Source: the human T2T-CHM13v2.0 reference genome, Homo sapiens
Reading direction: 5' to 3' (one strand)
Length of the DNA: 64,000 nucleotides
Assembly (NCBI RefSeq): GCF_009914755.1
Contig: NC_060930.1
Shown here: piece by piece, positions 12,775 to 29,279 of the stretch
Position numbering within the stretch: the first letter of the stretch is position 1
Layout of the letters: each line of letters begins with the position of its first letter
Program-made: the position numbers and the translations under genes
Notes under the pieces: model-generated
The model's database searches: none
What the model was told of the DNA's origin: nothing
What the model saw: only the letters and a program-made list of their open reading frames with translations

Positions 12775-13445
12775 TACCAGTTGTTGCTACATAATGAATT
12801 ATCCTAAAAAGTAGTAGCATTTTGGCAGAATTGGGGTCTCTCTTCATTGCCTAGGCAGATCTTGAACTCCTGGCTTCAAGTGTTCCTGCCACCTTGACCT
12901 CCCAAAGTGCTAAATTACAGGCATGTGCCACCACACCTGGCCTGTAGTAGCTTTACAACAATAAATGTTTATTATCTCAAAGTTTGTATGGGTTAGGAAT
13001 CCAGGCATGGCTTAGCTAGATGCTTCTGACTCATGGTCTCTCAGATGACTCCAGTCAAGGGTTGGGCTGCAGTCTCATCTGAAAGTTCAGATGACAGTCT
13101 GAGGATCCATTGTTAAGCTCACCAACATGGTTATTAGCCACAGGATTTAGTTCCTTGTGGGCTGTTGGACTAAGGGCCTGAGTTCTTCATGGCCGTTGGT
13201 TCCTTGCCATATGAGTCTCTTTATAGGGCAGCCCACAGCACAGCAGCTTGATTCCTCAGAGCAAGTGACAGAGCAGGAGATAGTATGTACAAGTTGGAAG
13301 CCACGGTCTCATGTTTGCTGTATTCAATTTATTAGAAGCAAGTCACTAGGTCCAGCCCACACTTAAGGGAAGAGTATTACATGGGGGAATGAGAACCAGG
13401 AAGTGGGGATCACTGGGGGCCACCTTAGAAGCTCCCTACCTCAGT
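12775..13445 (-). mobile_element. MLT1-type MaLR LTR interrupted by an Alu monomer
   Basis: tttattatctcaaagtttgtatgggttaggaatccagg...agcaagtcactaggtccagcccacactt is a typical antisense MLT1 pattern. Confidence 0.75.
12820..12942 (-). mobile_element. FLAM-like Alu monomer
   Basis: Single left monomer; TSD gtagtagc on both sides. Confidence 0.85.
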
Positions 13446-16214
13446 GCCATGACCAGTGATGATCACTTATCATGAACTGAGGAGCCTAATCACTTCAACT
13501 TGGTGTTCCCATGCTCCAAAAAATGAAAGGCAAACCAGATGGCAAAAAGAACCAGTGTGGCTTTGACTTTTATATATTTGCAGATCAAGTTCTAGATAAT
13601 TGACATTAAATAGTTCTTGACAGACTGAGAAGTTATTTGGGACAACATGCTGACTTTAGGTATGTAACTATTAAGAAACACAGGGGAAAAAAATCACAGT
13701 TTTTTAGGTAAGATAAAATATCAAGAAGCAGAAAGAAGAAAGTGAATATTAGTATTGTTTCTATGAAAACAGCAGCAAATCCAGATTTAATGTAAAAAAT
13801 ACTGTTCTATATGATAAAACTTTTTGATGTAGATTTGGATAACTCTATAATCAGAGAAAGCTTTTAAGATTCCCTTATTTAACAGGAGGAGAATCAGAGG
13901 TTCACATGGCCAGTGACTTACCTGGGGTCATTATAGGCACCTACCCTGGGTCAAGCCACTCTTTTACCAAGCAGAATTGCTTGTCAGAGTGAAAATGTGA
14001 TATTTGCAGCCTCCAAGTAGAATCTAGTCTGATTCTAAATGGGCTAGACTTGGCAAAATCTTTCTTCCTTTCCCAGGAAATTTACATCAAAGAGTTAATT
14101 GCATTAAATTGCTCTGTATTTAACTTCCGTGTCTGCTAACAAGCAAAATATCAATAACAGTCTCCATTTTCTGTGTAAACCGGAGAAGGACTTCTTTTAT
14201 TTTGTTTCAGTACTATTTTTCTAAAGCTCTCTTTCTTTTTATGCTCCTCATCACAGTGTAAGTCCATGAAAAATTAACGCCCCTGTTCAGCAGGGAGGCT
14301 AGCTCCTCTTAAAAGAATGTTCTGGAAAACCCAACAGCAGGACATGCATCTCCAAGCAGATATGTCATAGAAAGGTACAGTGTGTTCCAGAAGCTTCTCC
14401 CAAGAGAGTGGGGGTCCCAAGGGCTGTGGCAATTACATTAGACTCATTTTATGTTTCCTCTGCTGTCCCTTACTTATTTCATGTAATAGCACGTTTTGAA
14501 TCTATGAGTTTGCAAAATCCAGGTAAGCCACCATAAAGGTGTAGAAACCACTCTACTTTCTTGAACTCCATGGGCAATTAGGGAAAGCTGATGCGTCAAA
14601 TTCAGAATTCCACCAACAAAATGGCATTTGCAATTGCTGAATACAACAATTGTGTTCTACGAGTAAGATATTTTGTGTACAACAAAAAGTTTAAAACATC
14701 AGTGTATATTAGAAAAATATGCAGTGAAACATGGGAGTAAGTGTGCTTGCAACACAAAAGTTAGTCAGTGTCATGAAAATTTTAGCCAGAGAACTTGGTT
14801 GGCGTAGTATTTAATGAAAAGTAAGTCTGTGTCTTCTCCTAAAGTTAAAAGTATAATTCTTTTTAGTTCCTGCATCAGTTTATTTTTATACACAGTTATA
14901 AATCCCCATTTGGATTAAGGTTTTTTACCTGTAAAACTGATAAGGGCTTTCAAATTATGTCACATTATTAAAGAATCACTCTGAGTATAGTAGGTAAGAG
15001 TAACCCAACCACACTTCACTTAGTGAGTTTGATTCTCTGGTTGATTAAGATCACCATTCTCCATTTCTGTGCCTATTCCTCTTTTGTCCCCCATCCTAGA
15101 GATACTTTGATTTAGCTCACCTCAGATTCATACCTGTTAGGCACTATCTCATAAAATCACAAAACCACCAGGCGAATCAACAGCTTCAACCCTAGAGGTA
15201 GACACGGGTTGACCACCAATGGGGAACCCCATCCAGTTGAATTTACTCGCCGACGCATTTACATCATCTCACCCCTCCATACCAGACCCCACTGGATTCA
15301 GCAAGAGCTATCTGTCTCTTCCATTTGTGCTCCATTTCTGCTTCAAGGCCAGACAGCTCTTAGAATCTTAGTCCTCAGCATCAAATTAGATGCCTCATTT
15401 AGTAAAAAGCTTTCACTCTGCTCACAATTCCTACCTTCACACCAGCCCCCTCTAGGTCTAATATTCTGTATATCTCATTACCCAGCTCCAACAATAACAC
15501 TCGAATTTAGCCTCATCAAAGGTCATACTAGCTTCCGTACCTTCGAATGAATGGAATAAAACATATGGAATGCATGAGTCACATATAAATGTGGTTCACA
15601 CATAAATGTGCAATATTTATTGTCTCTCAAAATATTTCACAAGTCCACCACCTTCATCCTTGAGTTTTGCAGGTAAATAAAATGAATGAGCAGAGGACAT
15701 TAATTACCATGGGGTGTGCGCATTTTTAAAGGCTTTAAAACAACAGTGGTATTAATATCTCCTTGATGCACCAGAAGAGCAATCAGAGGAACACTAAAAA
15801 GTCTCCCATTCTCTCTTTTCAAGGTTGTTCATTAGCTGAGCTAAATCTCTCAGAATCAGAGCCAGCCACCTTCGTTCCTCTTATATATGTCTCAATCATT
15901 TTACATAGAAAGAATCCATTCCATTAACCATCAACTTTACAGGAAGCAAAGCATAAGATGGCTGCTAACATAGCTAATATAACCCAGTGCTACTCTAATG
16001 GAAGTAGAGAATCCAGAGCCCAGATGGCACTAGTTCCACCGTCTGGTCTTAGAACAGCGTTAAATAGTTAAAGGAGAAAAAGCCGTTTAAAACACAATTT
16101 TTAAAAACAGTCCTTTAGTCCAAACTACTCTGGCCTAAATCCACCCTAAATCACTGCAAGATTCAATAGAAACTCAAAGGAAACTGCACACTAATGGATT
16201 CTCCAAAGAAAAAC

Positions 16215-16400
16215 ACATTATAATTGAACCATCCTATTCCTTGGCACACGTAACAGCTGGTCTGACCACACATGTTCGATTCTGGAGCCATATTTTAAGA
16301 GGGACAATGACAAACTAGAACACATTCAGAATAGGGCAACCTATTCTGAAAACTATTTCCTATGATGTGGTTGAGAGGACTGGTGATCTATATTCACCAG
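16215..16400 (+). mobile_element. L3/CR1 LINE fragment
   Basis: tctggagccatattttaagagggacaatgacaaactagaacacattcagaatagggcaacc matches the CR1 ORF2 3' region. Confidence 0.75.
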
Positions 16401-16869
16401 TGAGAGAAATGAGAGAGCTGCCTGCAGTAATGGGAGTGGCTAGCTCGCTGGACTAGAATTACACAAGAGTGGCTTGAACCATTAATCAAGTAAAGAGCCC
16501 TAATCAAATAAATGCAAATTAAAACAACAGTGAAATACTATTTCCACATCCCCACATTCAGCAAATTGGGACATACACACACACATATAATTATTTTTTC
16601 CAGTGGAAATGCCTACAGTTTTACTGCTAGGAAGAGTGGGAAAAGCTTTTCTGTTAGTCTGGAAATAAAACTCAAAAGTCTGAAAATTGTACATACCTTT
16701 TTACCAAATGTTTTCATAGCTAAGAATTTATCTTAAGAAAATAACTTAACAAAATGTTCATCAGAACATTATGCTTACCAAAAAATAAAATAAAATAGAA
16801 AGAAAGAAAAAAACAAAACGGGGAACACCTAAACATCCAATAAAAATCTCTGGATTTTCTCCACGAATA

Positions 16870-17080
16870 ATTGTATAGTGCTTACAACGTGCTAGTCACT
16901 GCCAGATATGTTCCTCCTAATTCTCAGAATCCCTGCAACAGCCCTATGTGGGGGACATTATTATCCCCATTTTACAAATAGGGAAACTGAAGTGCAAATG
17001 TGTCACGTTGCTCACAGCCTCACAGACAATACACAGTGGGCCTGAAAGTCCAACACAGGCCTCCTGCCCAGACCCTGCGC
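16870..17080 (-). mobile_element. MIR
   Basis: attattatccccattttacaaatagggaaactgaag is the MIR core. Confidence 0.85.
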
Positions 17081-17468
17081 TAACACCCACATTAGATTGG
17101 TTAAAAAGTAATGGCGGGCAAACGCGTGGAATACAATTTTCAAAAATTAGGCGAAAGAGAAACGCGATGAACTCACTGGTACAAGTTAGCAAACTCCACC
17201 TTCTCCCTCTTTTAAAGAAAACAGACAACATTTGCCCTTCTGTCTTCTGGCACCTCTCCTCTTCTCCAGCTTTCCAAAGACCTCGCCCCTAGCCCTTCCA
17301 GCCCCTGAGGTGGAATTCTTGCAAACCAGACTGCCCCACGTGAGCAGCTCTGAGCTGGCTTGCAGCCTCTGGCCAGTTTTTGCTCTTCTCTCCACTGCCC
17401 TTATTCCACAGATTAACAGATAGAATAGAAGTAACTAGGAAGCATATTTTTAGTTTTACATCTCTCGC

Positions 17469-17496
17469 AAAAAAAAAAAAAAAAAAAAAAAAAAAA
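17469..17496 (+). repeat. Poly(A) tract, 28 nt
   Basis: Seen directly. Confidence 0.95.
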
Positions 17497-17531
17497 GCAG
17501 TGTTTTTAGGCAAAATAAAAAGTTGAATTTG

Positions 17532-20042
<2,511 letters not shown>

Positions 20043-20297
20043 CAATCATGAGTTTTCAAATTTTTATTTTAGAATAATTAGGGGAAAATTGGACAATAGA
20101 TCTAATTGCTAAGAGGAAATTTTAAAACTTAGGTTAACCCCCAACACTTTTTCCAATGAATTCTAGTTTTTGTCTTTTTTCCTCTTCATGCTGAATAGTT
20201 CCTTGTCATCCTGTACAGATAAACAAACAAAAAATTCTTGCATAAGAAAAAGATAAATACAATTCTTCCTTCTTCTGCATTAGGAAATATCCTGTTG

Positions 20298-20590
20298 TAC
20301 TGGGTGTGGTTGCTCATGCCTATAATCCCAGCACTTTGGGAGGCTGAAGCAGGAGGATCACTTGCCCAGGAGCTGGAGACTAGCCTGGGCAACATGGGGA
20401 AAACCCATCTCTACAAAAAATACAAAAAAAAAAAAAAAAAAAACTAGCCAGGTGTGGTGATGCACACCTGTAGTGCCGGCTGTTCAGGAGGTTGAAGTAG
20501 GAGGACTGCTTGAGTCCAGAAGGTGGAGGCTGCAGTGAGCCATGATCACGCCACTGCAGTCCAGCCTTGGTGACAGGGTGAGACCCTCCA
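20298..20590 (+). mobile_element. AluJ
   Basis: AluJ-type arms, expanded mid-A linker, tail replaced by a purine repeat. Confidence 0.92.
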
Positions 20591-20848
20591 AGAGAGAGAG
20601 ACAGAAAGAGGGGAAGAGGGGAAGAGGGGAAGGGGAGAAGAGGGGAAGAGGGGAAGAGGGGAAGAGGGGAAGGGGAGAAGAGGGGAAGAGGGGAAGGGGA
20701 GAAGAGGGGAAGGGGAGAAGAGGGGAAGGGGGGAAGGGGGGAGGGGGAAGGGGGAAGGGGGGAAAGGGAAGGGGGGAGGAAGGAAGGAGAAAGAAAGAAA
20801 AGGAGAGAAAGAGAAAGAGAAAGAAGAAAGAAGAAAGAAAGAAAGAAA
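20590..20848 (+). repeat. Polypurine (GGGGAA/GGGGAAGA)n grading into (GAAA)n
   Basis: About 260 nt almost entirely G/A. Confidence 0.95.
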
Positions 20849-22199
20849 TCTTGTTTTAGCATGTGACTCACTTGTGAATACAAGCTTGTTTTAAACTCAT
20901 GTTCTGTTTCTCCACAAATTCCTATTAAAAGCTAGATTAAAATATAAATGACTAGATAAAAATGGTTTTAAGAGTCTCTTTATATAAATACCAATCAGAA
21001 GTAGAAAAATACATAGATGGAATTGCCTCAAATAATGCAAAGAAGTCTGTCATAGCAACATAAGTATTATATGAAGAACTGGTGGAATACTCAGAATCTA
21101 CAAGTTTTGTGCATACAGAGCCAATGAGAGCCAGTGAGAGCTGAGGGTCACCCTGATCTTTTAACTTCCTTGGATTAAATGCCAGGACCAAGATTTGCAG
21201 ACAGTCTGTCACCCTGCCAATCAATGATGGATGGGGTTTCCCAGAGGAGCCTCACATTTTTATGGTTACCCCTGACTGCAGGCCTGTATTTCTACTGAAT
21301 TGGATGTCAGTGTGGATCCTAGCATAGTCCTCTACAGGCTGCTTCTGTTCTGTACCAAATCAATCCAGATATGGAAATGGCTTTTCTTCCCAAACAAACA
21401 AAATTCAGAAAACAAGCAATAAGTAAAGCCCATGTTCACACCAATACTCCACTTGGCAGACTTTATACAGGAGGTTGGAGAAGATCAAAGAAATTTACAT
21501 CATAGCAATGCAAACAACAGATGAGGATAGTATAACCTGGTTCCAAAACCACTTTGGCTCGCCTCCCTGCCATGGGATTGCTGGTCACACCAACCCTAGT
21601 GAAGCTTCTGCCCCCTCAGCATCTTGCTAAGTTCCCTCTCTTTCTCCTCTCTCTCCTCTCAATTCCTAAATCCTGCTGACTGCAAGTGCAGAACATTTAG
21701 CTCTTCTATTTCCTTTTCTCCTGCTAACCCCATGTGATTTGTTATTTTTTTAAACAAAGCCAGTTCCTCGAAACGGAAATGCTAATGTTGCTACAAAGAA
21801 TGTTTTTTATAATGCATCTTCCGTTGTAATCATAGAATCTTAGAAGGCATTTGGTCCAACACCCTTGAGAAATCTGTAAGAAAAAGGGATTAATGACTTA
21901 CTCAAGATCTCATAACTTAGAAGCAGCAGAGCAAGCACAAAAACCCTATTCTCCCAACTCTGTCTGATGTGTTTTCTATTACTAAATGCAAATGCTAAGA
22001 CAGTTTAATATTCATTAATAAGAACCACTAGACAAAGTGTTAATTTTATGTTTATTACGTTGTAAGAAAGTAACAAATCTAATACAAGTAGTCCCAAAAA
22101 CTTTGAATCATCAAATATTTTTTGAGCACATAAATATTCCAGGTTGAGTAAATGCTTTTGTTTGACACATAGATCCTTTGTGGCATGGTCCCAAATTAC

Positions 22200-22790
22200 C
22201 TAATTTATGTCTATAAATACCATCTATATACTGATGACTCTCCAAATTTATGTATCTCCACTCCTGACCTCAGCTCTGTACTCGTGTATCTAAATGCCTT
22301 CTTTACCAAGCTGACTGGTTGGCTAAAAGGCAAGACACAATTCCTGGATCCTTTCTCCACGGCCCCTTAAATAGTTCCTTCCTTGGATTCTCCATTTCAG
22401 TAAATAGCATCACAGCTGCCTAGTTGCTCAGGCCAAAAATCTTCTGACTTATCTTTGATTTAGCTCATTCAGTTAAAATCTATGCCTACTCTACGAGTTC
22501 CTCTCACAAAATAGATACTGATTCCATTCCGTCTGTCTCAACCATAACCACCTTATCCAAGCTCCATGAGCTCATGACTAGGCTGCTGTAAGAGACTTCT
22601 TGCTAGCTACTTTCAGTCGTCCAAATTCCTGCCTTCTACAGTCTATTATTCACAAAGCCAAAGTGGTTCTTAAAAGTGTAAAACACATAATACTCTTGCT
22701 CAAAACCCTCCACTGCCTTTCCAAGCATGACCACCAAGTCCCTTTCTTGAGCCTACAGGGCTGTGCATGACCTGGCCCTGTTTCTCTGTG
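22200..22790. mobile_element. L2 LINE fragment
   Basis: taccatctatatactgatgactctccaaattta, agttgctcaggccaaaaa and cttgctcaaaaccctccactgcc are L2 motifs. Confidence 0.75.
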
Positions 22791-22799
22791 ATTAAATAT

Positions 22800-24600
22800 A
22801 TCATCCTCTTGTTATGGCTTTTATTTCATGCCTTGTTTAAGAAATCCTTTCTATTGCAAGAACGTAAGGACATTCTCCTAATTTTTTTGTAAAGGTCTGT
22901 AATCCGTGTGGAATTGATTATGGTGTATGGTGTGATGAAGGAATCCAGTTTCCTTTTTTCCTCATAAATAGCCAATTACCTCCACATCATTTATTGGACA
23001 GCCCATTCTTTCTTCACTGGGCAAATCATATTTCTATGAATGGGGTCTGTTTCTGGTTCTCAGTTCTGTTCCATTGGTCTATATTTCTGTAGATCTGAGC
23101 CAATACTGGATTATAATAATTATTAGAGCTTTATACTAAACCTTGATTTCTGATAAGGCAGGATCCCCACTTGCACCTTTTCTTCTGCAGGAATTTCTCA
23201 GTTATTGTTGGATATTTGCTTTTCTGCATACATTTTAGAATTAGCATTGCTTATAAATCTGCACTTATTCCTATCGTAGCTTGCATTGAATTTACAAATT
23301 ACACTGGTAGTAATGGTAATTATGAATAGATGTTGAACATTATCGAGTGCTTTGTGTGCATCTGTTGACATCGTATTAATGCTTTTCTCCTCTAATGTGG
23401 TGATTGACAAATTCAATAAAATAATTTTCTATTGTTAAGCTAATTTTTATCCCAATATAACCCAATGTGACCATGTTTTTCATACATTGCTGGATTTAAT
23501 TTACCAATATTTAAGATATTGTGACAATGTTCATAAGTAAGTTCATATTATTTTTGTCTTGTTTTGGAATCAAGATGATAGTAGCCTCAGAAAATAAACT
23601 CCCTCTTTTTCTAACTCTCAGGAAGATCTTCTGTAGTATAATTATCTCTTCCTTGAAAGATTGGTAAAACTCACCTATCAAGGATCTGGGCCTGGGTTTC
23701 TTCTCTTTTGATAGGGTCTCACTTTGTCACCCAGGCTGGAGTGCAGTGGTGTGATTATAATTGAATGAGCAACCTTGATCACCTGGGCTCAAATGATCCC
23801 TCCAGCCTCAGCCTCCCAAGTAGCTGGAACCACAGGCACGTGCCACCACACCCAACTAATTTTTGTGTTTTTTGTAGAGATGGGGATTTGCCATGTTGCC
23901 CAGGCCTGGGTTTCTTTATGAGAACATTTTAAACTACTAATTTTACCTTTAATTAATCATTATGGGATTGTTTATGCTATTTTTTCCTTGAACTAGTTTT
24001 GGCTAGTTAGATGTTTCTAGAAATTTGTCCTTTTATCTAAACATTCTAATTACTAGCATGTAACTTTTTATATAATTTTCTTTCATCATGTCTTCTGTAC
24101 TCATGAGTATATCCCTTTTTTTATTCCTAATTGTTTACTTGTGCCATCTCTCATTTCCATAGAGTAAAGTCATTGGAGTTTTATCTGTATTGTTAGTGTA
24201 TTTCAAAACACAACTTCTGACATTGTCAAATCTCTCTGGTGTATTTTAGTTTACTATTTCATTTATTTCTCTACTTTTCTTTGTTTTTTCATTCCTGCTG
24301 CTTTCTTGAGTTTATTCTGTTTTCTTTTTTCCCCTAACTTAAGTTGGCTCTGTAGTTCACTAATTCTTAATCCTTCTTCTTTTCTCATATATTCACTTTG
24401 ATTTTCCTCAAATTACCTCTTTAACTTTATCCTCTGTTTCGGTAATTAGTATTCCCATTATAATTCTATGTTATGTGTCTCTGATAGTAATTCTTTGAAG
24501 TTTTTCTGGACTTGCTTTAAGGACTACTGCATGCCAATTTTTGCAAATGTTGCATGTACTTTTGAAAAGATGATGTGTTCCTTAGTTATTAGAGTTCTTG
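22800..24600 (-). mobile_element. Old L1M (antisense) with a 5'-truncated AluJ at ~23700-23905
   Basis: T-rich antisense L1 ORF2 motifs (ttctgttccattggtctat); Alu TSD ctgggtttctt. Confidence 0.8.
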
Positions 24601-25164
24601 CTTTCTTGGGTGCTGGTAACTTTTGAGTTCATATGAGGTTGGATTTAAGCCATGGGAATTCGGAGGGGCTTGCAGAGAAATACTTTCCTCCAGAGATGAT
24701 TTATGTTTGTTTCTGCAAGGTGCCTGGAGATCCTCAGCTGAACACTTGTCATGACATTTCAGCTCACTCTCAGGTTCTACTGTCACTTTAAGTTGCTAAC
24801 ACAGTCACAGGTCAGAAACTAACATATCCAGCCCCTGGCAGTAGCCAAAGCCCTTCGATTGAATATTAAATCTCCTCTCCTCCTGCCACCTGCAAAGAGA
24901 ACTATGGGTACTACCCCTCTTCCCTCTTTCCCGTCTTCCCAGCATTCCCTTCCCACCACAGCTTGCCAATTGTAGTCTTTGACTCCTCCAGAATCAGGAC
25001 CAGGGGAGAGGGGATTAGGGAAAAGGAGCCACACTACAGCAGGGCCATCTTTGTGACAAGTATGGCTGGCTGCTTCTCTCTCTCATAGACACCTTGTGGG
25101 TACTTCAAAGATTCTCCTGTTGGATTTTTCCAATTGCAATGCATGAGACGTGGGTGATGCTTTT

Positions 25165-25985
25165 TTTTTGTTTTTAATCAGAAATTTTTTTTTTAGTGCA
25201 GTTTTAGGCTTGCAGCAAAATTGAGAAGGTACAGGCATAACTCTTAATTCAGGTAGACAAGGAGGTGACCGCCACATGCACAGCCCCACACATTTACAGC
25301 CCCCTATATCAACATCCCCTCCAGTGTGGTACATTCGTTACAATTGATGAGCCTACATTGACACATCATCACTCAAAGCCCACAGTTTACATTAGACCTC
25401 ACTCTTGCTGTTATACATTCTATAAATTTTGATGAATGTATAATGAGATGTGTCCATCATTATAGTATCATACAGAGTGGTTTCAGTTCCCTCAAATCCT
25501 CTGTGCTCCACCCATTTATCCCTCCCTCCCCTCTAATCCCTGGCACCACTGATCTTTTTACTGTCTTCCTAGTTTTGCCTTTTCCAGAATGTCATACAAT
25601 TGGAATCATACAGTGTGCATGAAGAAGCCTTTTCAGATTTGCCTCTTTCACTTGGTAATACACATTTAAGCTTCCTCCATATGTTTTCATTACTTGATAG
25701 CTCATTTCTTCTTCAGAGCTGAGTAATATTCCATTGTACGGGCGTACCACAGCTTTTTCATCCATTCACTCCCTGCAGGACATCTTGATTGCTTCCAAGC
25801 TTTGGCAATTATGAGTGAAACTGCTGTACACATCTGTGTGCCATTTTCTCTATGGACATGAGTTTTCACCTCCTTTGGGTAAATGTCAAGGAGTGTGAAT
25901 GATGGCTCCTGTGGTAAGAGTATGTTTGGTTTTGTAAGAACTGCCCATTGTCTTCCAAAGTGGGTGACGGCCTTTCTCCCAATGG
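25165..25985 (-). mobile_element. L1M (MC/MD-like) 3' end, antisense
   Basis: agtgtggtacattcgttacaattgatgagcctacattgacacatc and ccctggcaccactgatctttttactgtc. Confidence 0.85.
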
Positions 25986-27200
25986 AACCAGCTGCTTCCC
26001 CTCAGCCCGCCTGCAGTTCTTCTTGCAGACTCTTAGGAGGAGTCCATTACCTCCTCCATCCTGGCCACTGGACAAGGTCTTAAAGTGCCTTCAGGCTGAC
26101 TTTCCCCCCTACATGGACCACATCTGGCCCACGGAGCACCCCATAAATTCCTCAGGGAGTACAGTTACTTCCTTGATGCAATAGCACCTCCCCTGCGCTG
26201 CACCTTGCCAGCTGGTGCCTCCTCCCCTGTTCTTGCCTAGTAACTATGGATTGAATACAAAACATGGTGTGGCAAGGAATATGTTCCCTTCCTCCAGAAA
26301 GGCTTTCTTTGCTTGTGGCAGAAGACAGACTGCATGCAGGCCATCTGCACACGTCCCAGCAGAAACCGAGCCCATCAGAGCCTGTGTTGCTCTTGTCTGA
26401 AGGCCGCTCACCTGCTGGCCCTTACTCTTGCCACTTGGTCTCCTGGGTCTCAGCTGACAACCTGAGCTACTTACAGGGCGCCTGCTCCTTTGTGCCTGAA
26501 CTGACAGTTACGTCCACCCAGCACCACCAGCGTGCCAGCATCTTGGCTTAGCTCTCCAGCCTCTTAGCAGCTGCTTCTGTTTGGTTTCTGGGCATTGCAT
26601 TGTTCACACGCACAGCTTAGACATCAGGAAATGGTTTGAAGAGAAATCGCACGAAGACACAATTTTCCCTGGTTCCCTTTTCTCTGTGTTCATGGCCCAT
26701 CAAGTCCTGACAACTTTGTATCCTGAATTCCAATTTTTTTGACTGTGGCAAGCTATGAGCTGCCACTTTCTGTTTGGGTTTCACACCCCATGACAGGACC
26801 TGAATCAGCGAATGCTCCCGGGGGACAAAAACAGCTGCAAAGAAAGAACTGACTTCAATGCACTTGTCTCCTTTCGAACATCTTGGCCCTTGGATTCCAG
26901 CAACCTTGGCTGCTCTTTGATGTTCTCAGACTACTCTATTACATTTTATTTGGTTTGGTTTTCACAGTTCTTCAGCAGGAGGGTTATTCTGGTACAAAAT
27001 ACTCCCTCACAGCCAGAAATGGAAATCCCCTTTAAGTTTTTTGAGGTTTTGTTTTTGTTTTTGTTTTTTTCAAAAAATGTACTAGGTGGCATTTTTCTTA
27101 TATAATGAACATGTTTTCTCTTCGCTTTAAATGTGAAAGATAATTTGACATAGAACAAAAATGTTTGGTTCACAAACACTTTATCCTCAAAATTCTGTAG

Positions 27201-27500
<300 letters not shown>

Positions 27501-27910
27501 AGCCATATTCTTTTTGCACTCGATGATTCAGAGGATAACTCCAATGTGGGCCCTACCTTTGTTCCTTTGTGAAAATTAAATTAAATTAATTGGACATTAA
27601 TTAAATTAACGTTTCAAACAATACACTAAAAAGACTGAGATCATATACAAAACAATGTCTGCACGGATGTTCTGCAGAGGTGGCTGAGAAGGGATCCCAC
27701 AGCTCCCAAGCCCTTGCCACAACCAGAGGGCAGGGGCCAGTGGGCAGCTGGGTGCAGGGATTATTTGTGAGGAGGGGTTTGGGAGGTGGTTTTAGAGTGT
27801 TTCTTCCAAGCCCTCCCTGGCTCTTCCACAAGTGTTGGGGTGAAGTGGTGCAGAGGGAGACATTGTGTCATGGAGCCCTGGGAAGCACTGAGATTAAGAA
27901 ACCTCTCTCA

Positions 27911-28170
27911 GGAGGCTGAGATGGGCAGATCACGAGGTCAGGAGTTCGAGACCAGCCTGACCAACATGGTGAAACCCCGTCTCTACTAAAAATACAAAAA
28001 TTAGCCAGGCGTGGTGGTGGGCACCTGTAATCCCAGCTACTCAGGAGGCAGGGGCAGAAGAATTGCTTGAACCCAGGAGGCGGAGGGGCAGAGGTTGCAG
28101 TGAGCCCAGATCGCACCATTGCACTCCAGCCTGGGTGACAGAGTGAGACTGTCTCAAAAAAAAAAAAAGA
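27911..28170 (+). mobile_element. 5'-truncated AluS
   Basis: Perfect 15-bp TSD aagaaacctctctca at 27896-27910 and 28170-28184. Confidence 0.95.
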
Positions 28171-28755
28171 AGAAACCTCTCTCATTTAGCCTTCTATCTA
28201 ACGATGTTTCTATACTGACCATGTTTAGAAATTAGCAAATAGCATATGGTCTCAACTAAATTAAACACCCACAGGAAAAAAATAGTTTAAGGAAACATAC
28301 CAAAAGGATTATTATGTATTTAGAATCCGGGTAATATTTAATTTTTGTTTTCATATATTTCCTTATTTTCCAAAAATTGAGAAGAACATCTACTAGTTTC
28401 ATAATGAAAAATCATATTTTCTAAATGCCTAAACACACAATGTTTAACATAACACTACGTACGCCGTACATGTATAACATACAATTAGGTAAAAATTATC
28501 CACATGGAAAACACCTGGATAGAACTCCCCTCCCTCCACACACACACACAAAAATCCCAGTGTTTTCCTCTGCATAGCGATTTCTCTATACATATCTGTA
28601 AATTTTCAAATTTTTATGTAATGGAGGAGGGAAGGGGAAACTTTAAAACACCAGTCCCAGAAATATGGCCCACCTGTGTGTGGGTGGTTAAGGAGCACAC
28701 CTGGAACATTCACACCAGGTTCCCCTGGGAGCCCAGTGTCCTCCCCCACTCCAAA

Positions 28756-28902
28756 ACCACGCCCGGCTACTTCTTGTATTTTTAGTAGAGATGAGGTCTC
28801 ACCACCTTGGCCAGGCTGGTCTCCAGCTCCTGAGCTCAAATGATCCACCCGCCTCAGCCTCCCAAAGTGTTGGGATTACAGGCGTGAGCCACCGCACCCG
28901 GC
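28756..28902 (-). mobile_element. Alu left arm plus linker; right arm and tail missing
   Basis: accacgcccggctacttcttgtatttttagtagag...gagccaccgcacccggc. Confidence 0.9.
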
Positions 28903-29279
28903 GGTTCGTTTCATTTTCCTTCACTACCTTTCCTCGCTCACTCCACTGGCTCGTTCTTGGAGCCCCGACTCCTCTACACTGGGTCCCACTACACTGGCCC
29001 TTGGTACATACATTCCCACACTGTCAATCAACTCTTTCACCCCCACTCTGCGAGTCCCATCTCCCCAGGAGCCCGCGAGCTCCTGGGACAAGGATGTGAC
29101 CATCCCCAAGCTCCTTCTCCAGGCTGAGCTGGGGGTGGGGGGGCTTTCCACAAATAAGATTAAACTGAACAGGCGCCCTTCCTCCCTCAGCCTTTCCTGG
29201 CCCTCATCCTTGAATTCCCAGCCCCCAGCTTTGCTTGGGAAATCAAAAGACGCCAAAAGGCAAAAAAACAGCTCACTGG

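Noticed and set aside
17469-17496. Poly(A) as the tail of the CNN3 retrocopy
   Set aside because: It lies upstream of the 5'UTR; the retrocopy tail is at ~20022-20042.
20380-20883. 167-aa Pro/Ser-rich and 105-aa Gly/Arg/Lys/Glu-rich ORFs
   Set aside because: Translations of the polypurine repeat plus Alu.
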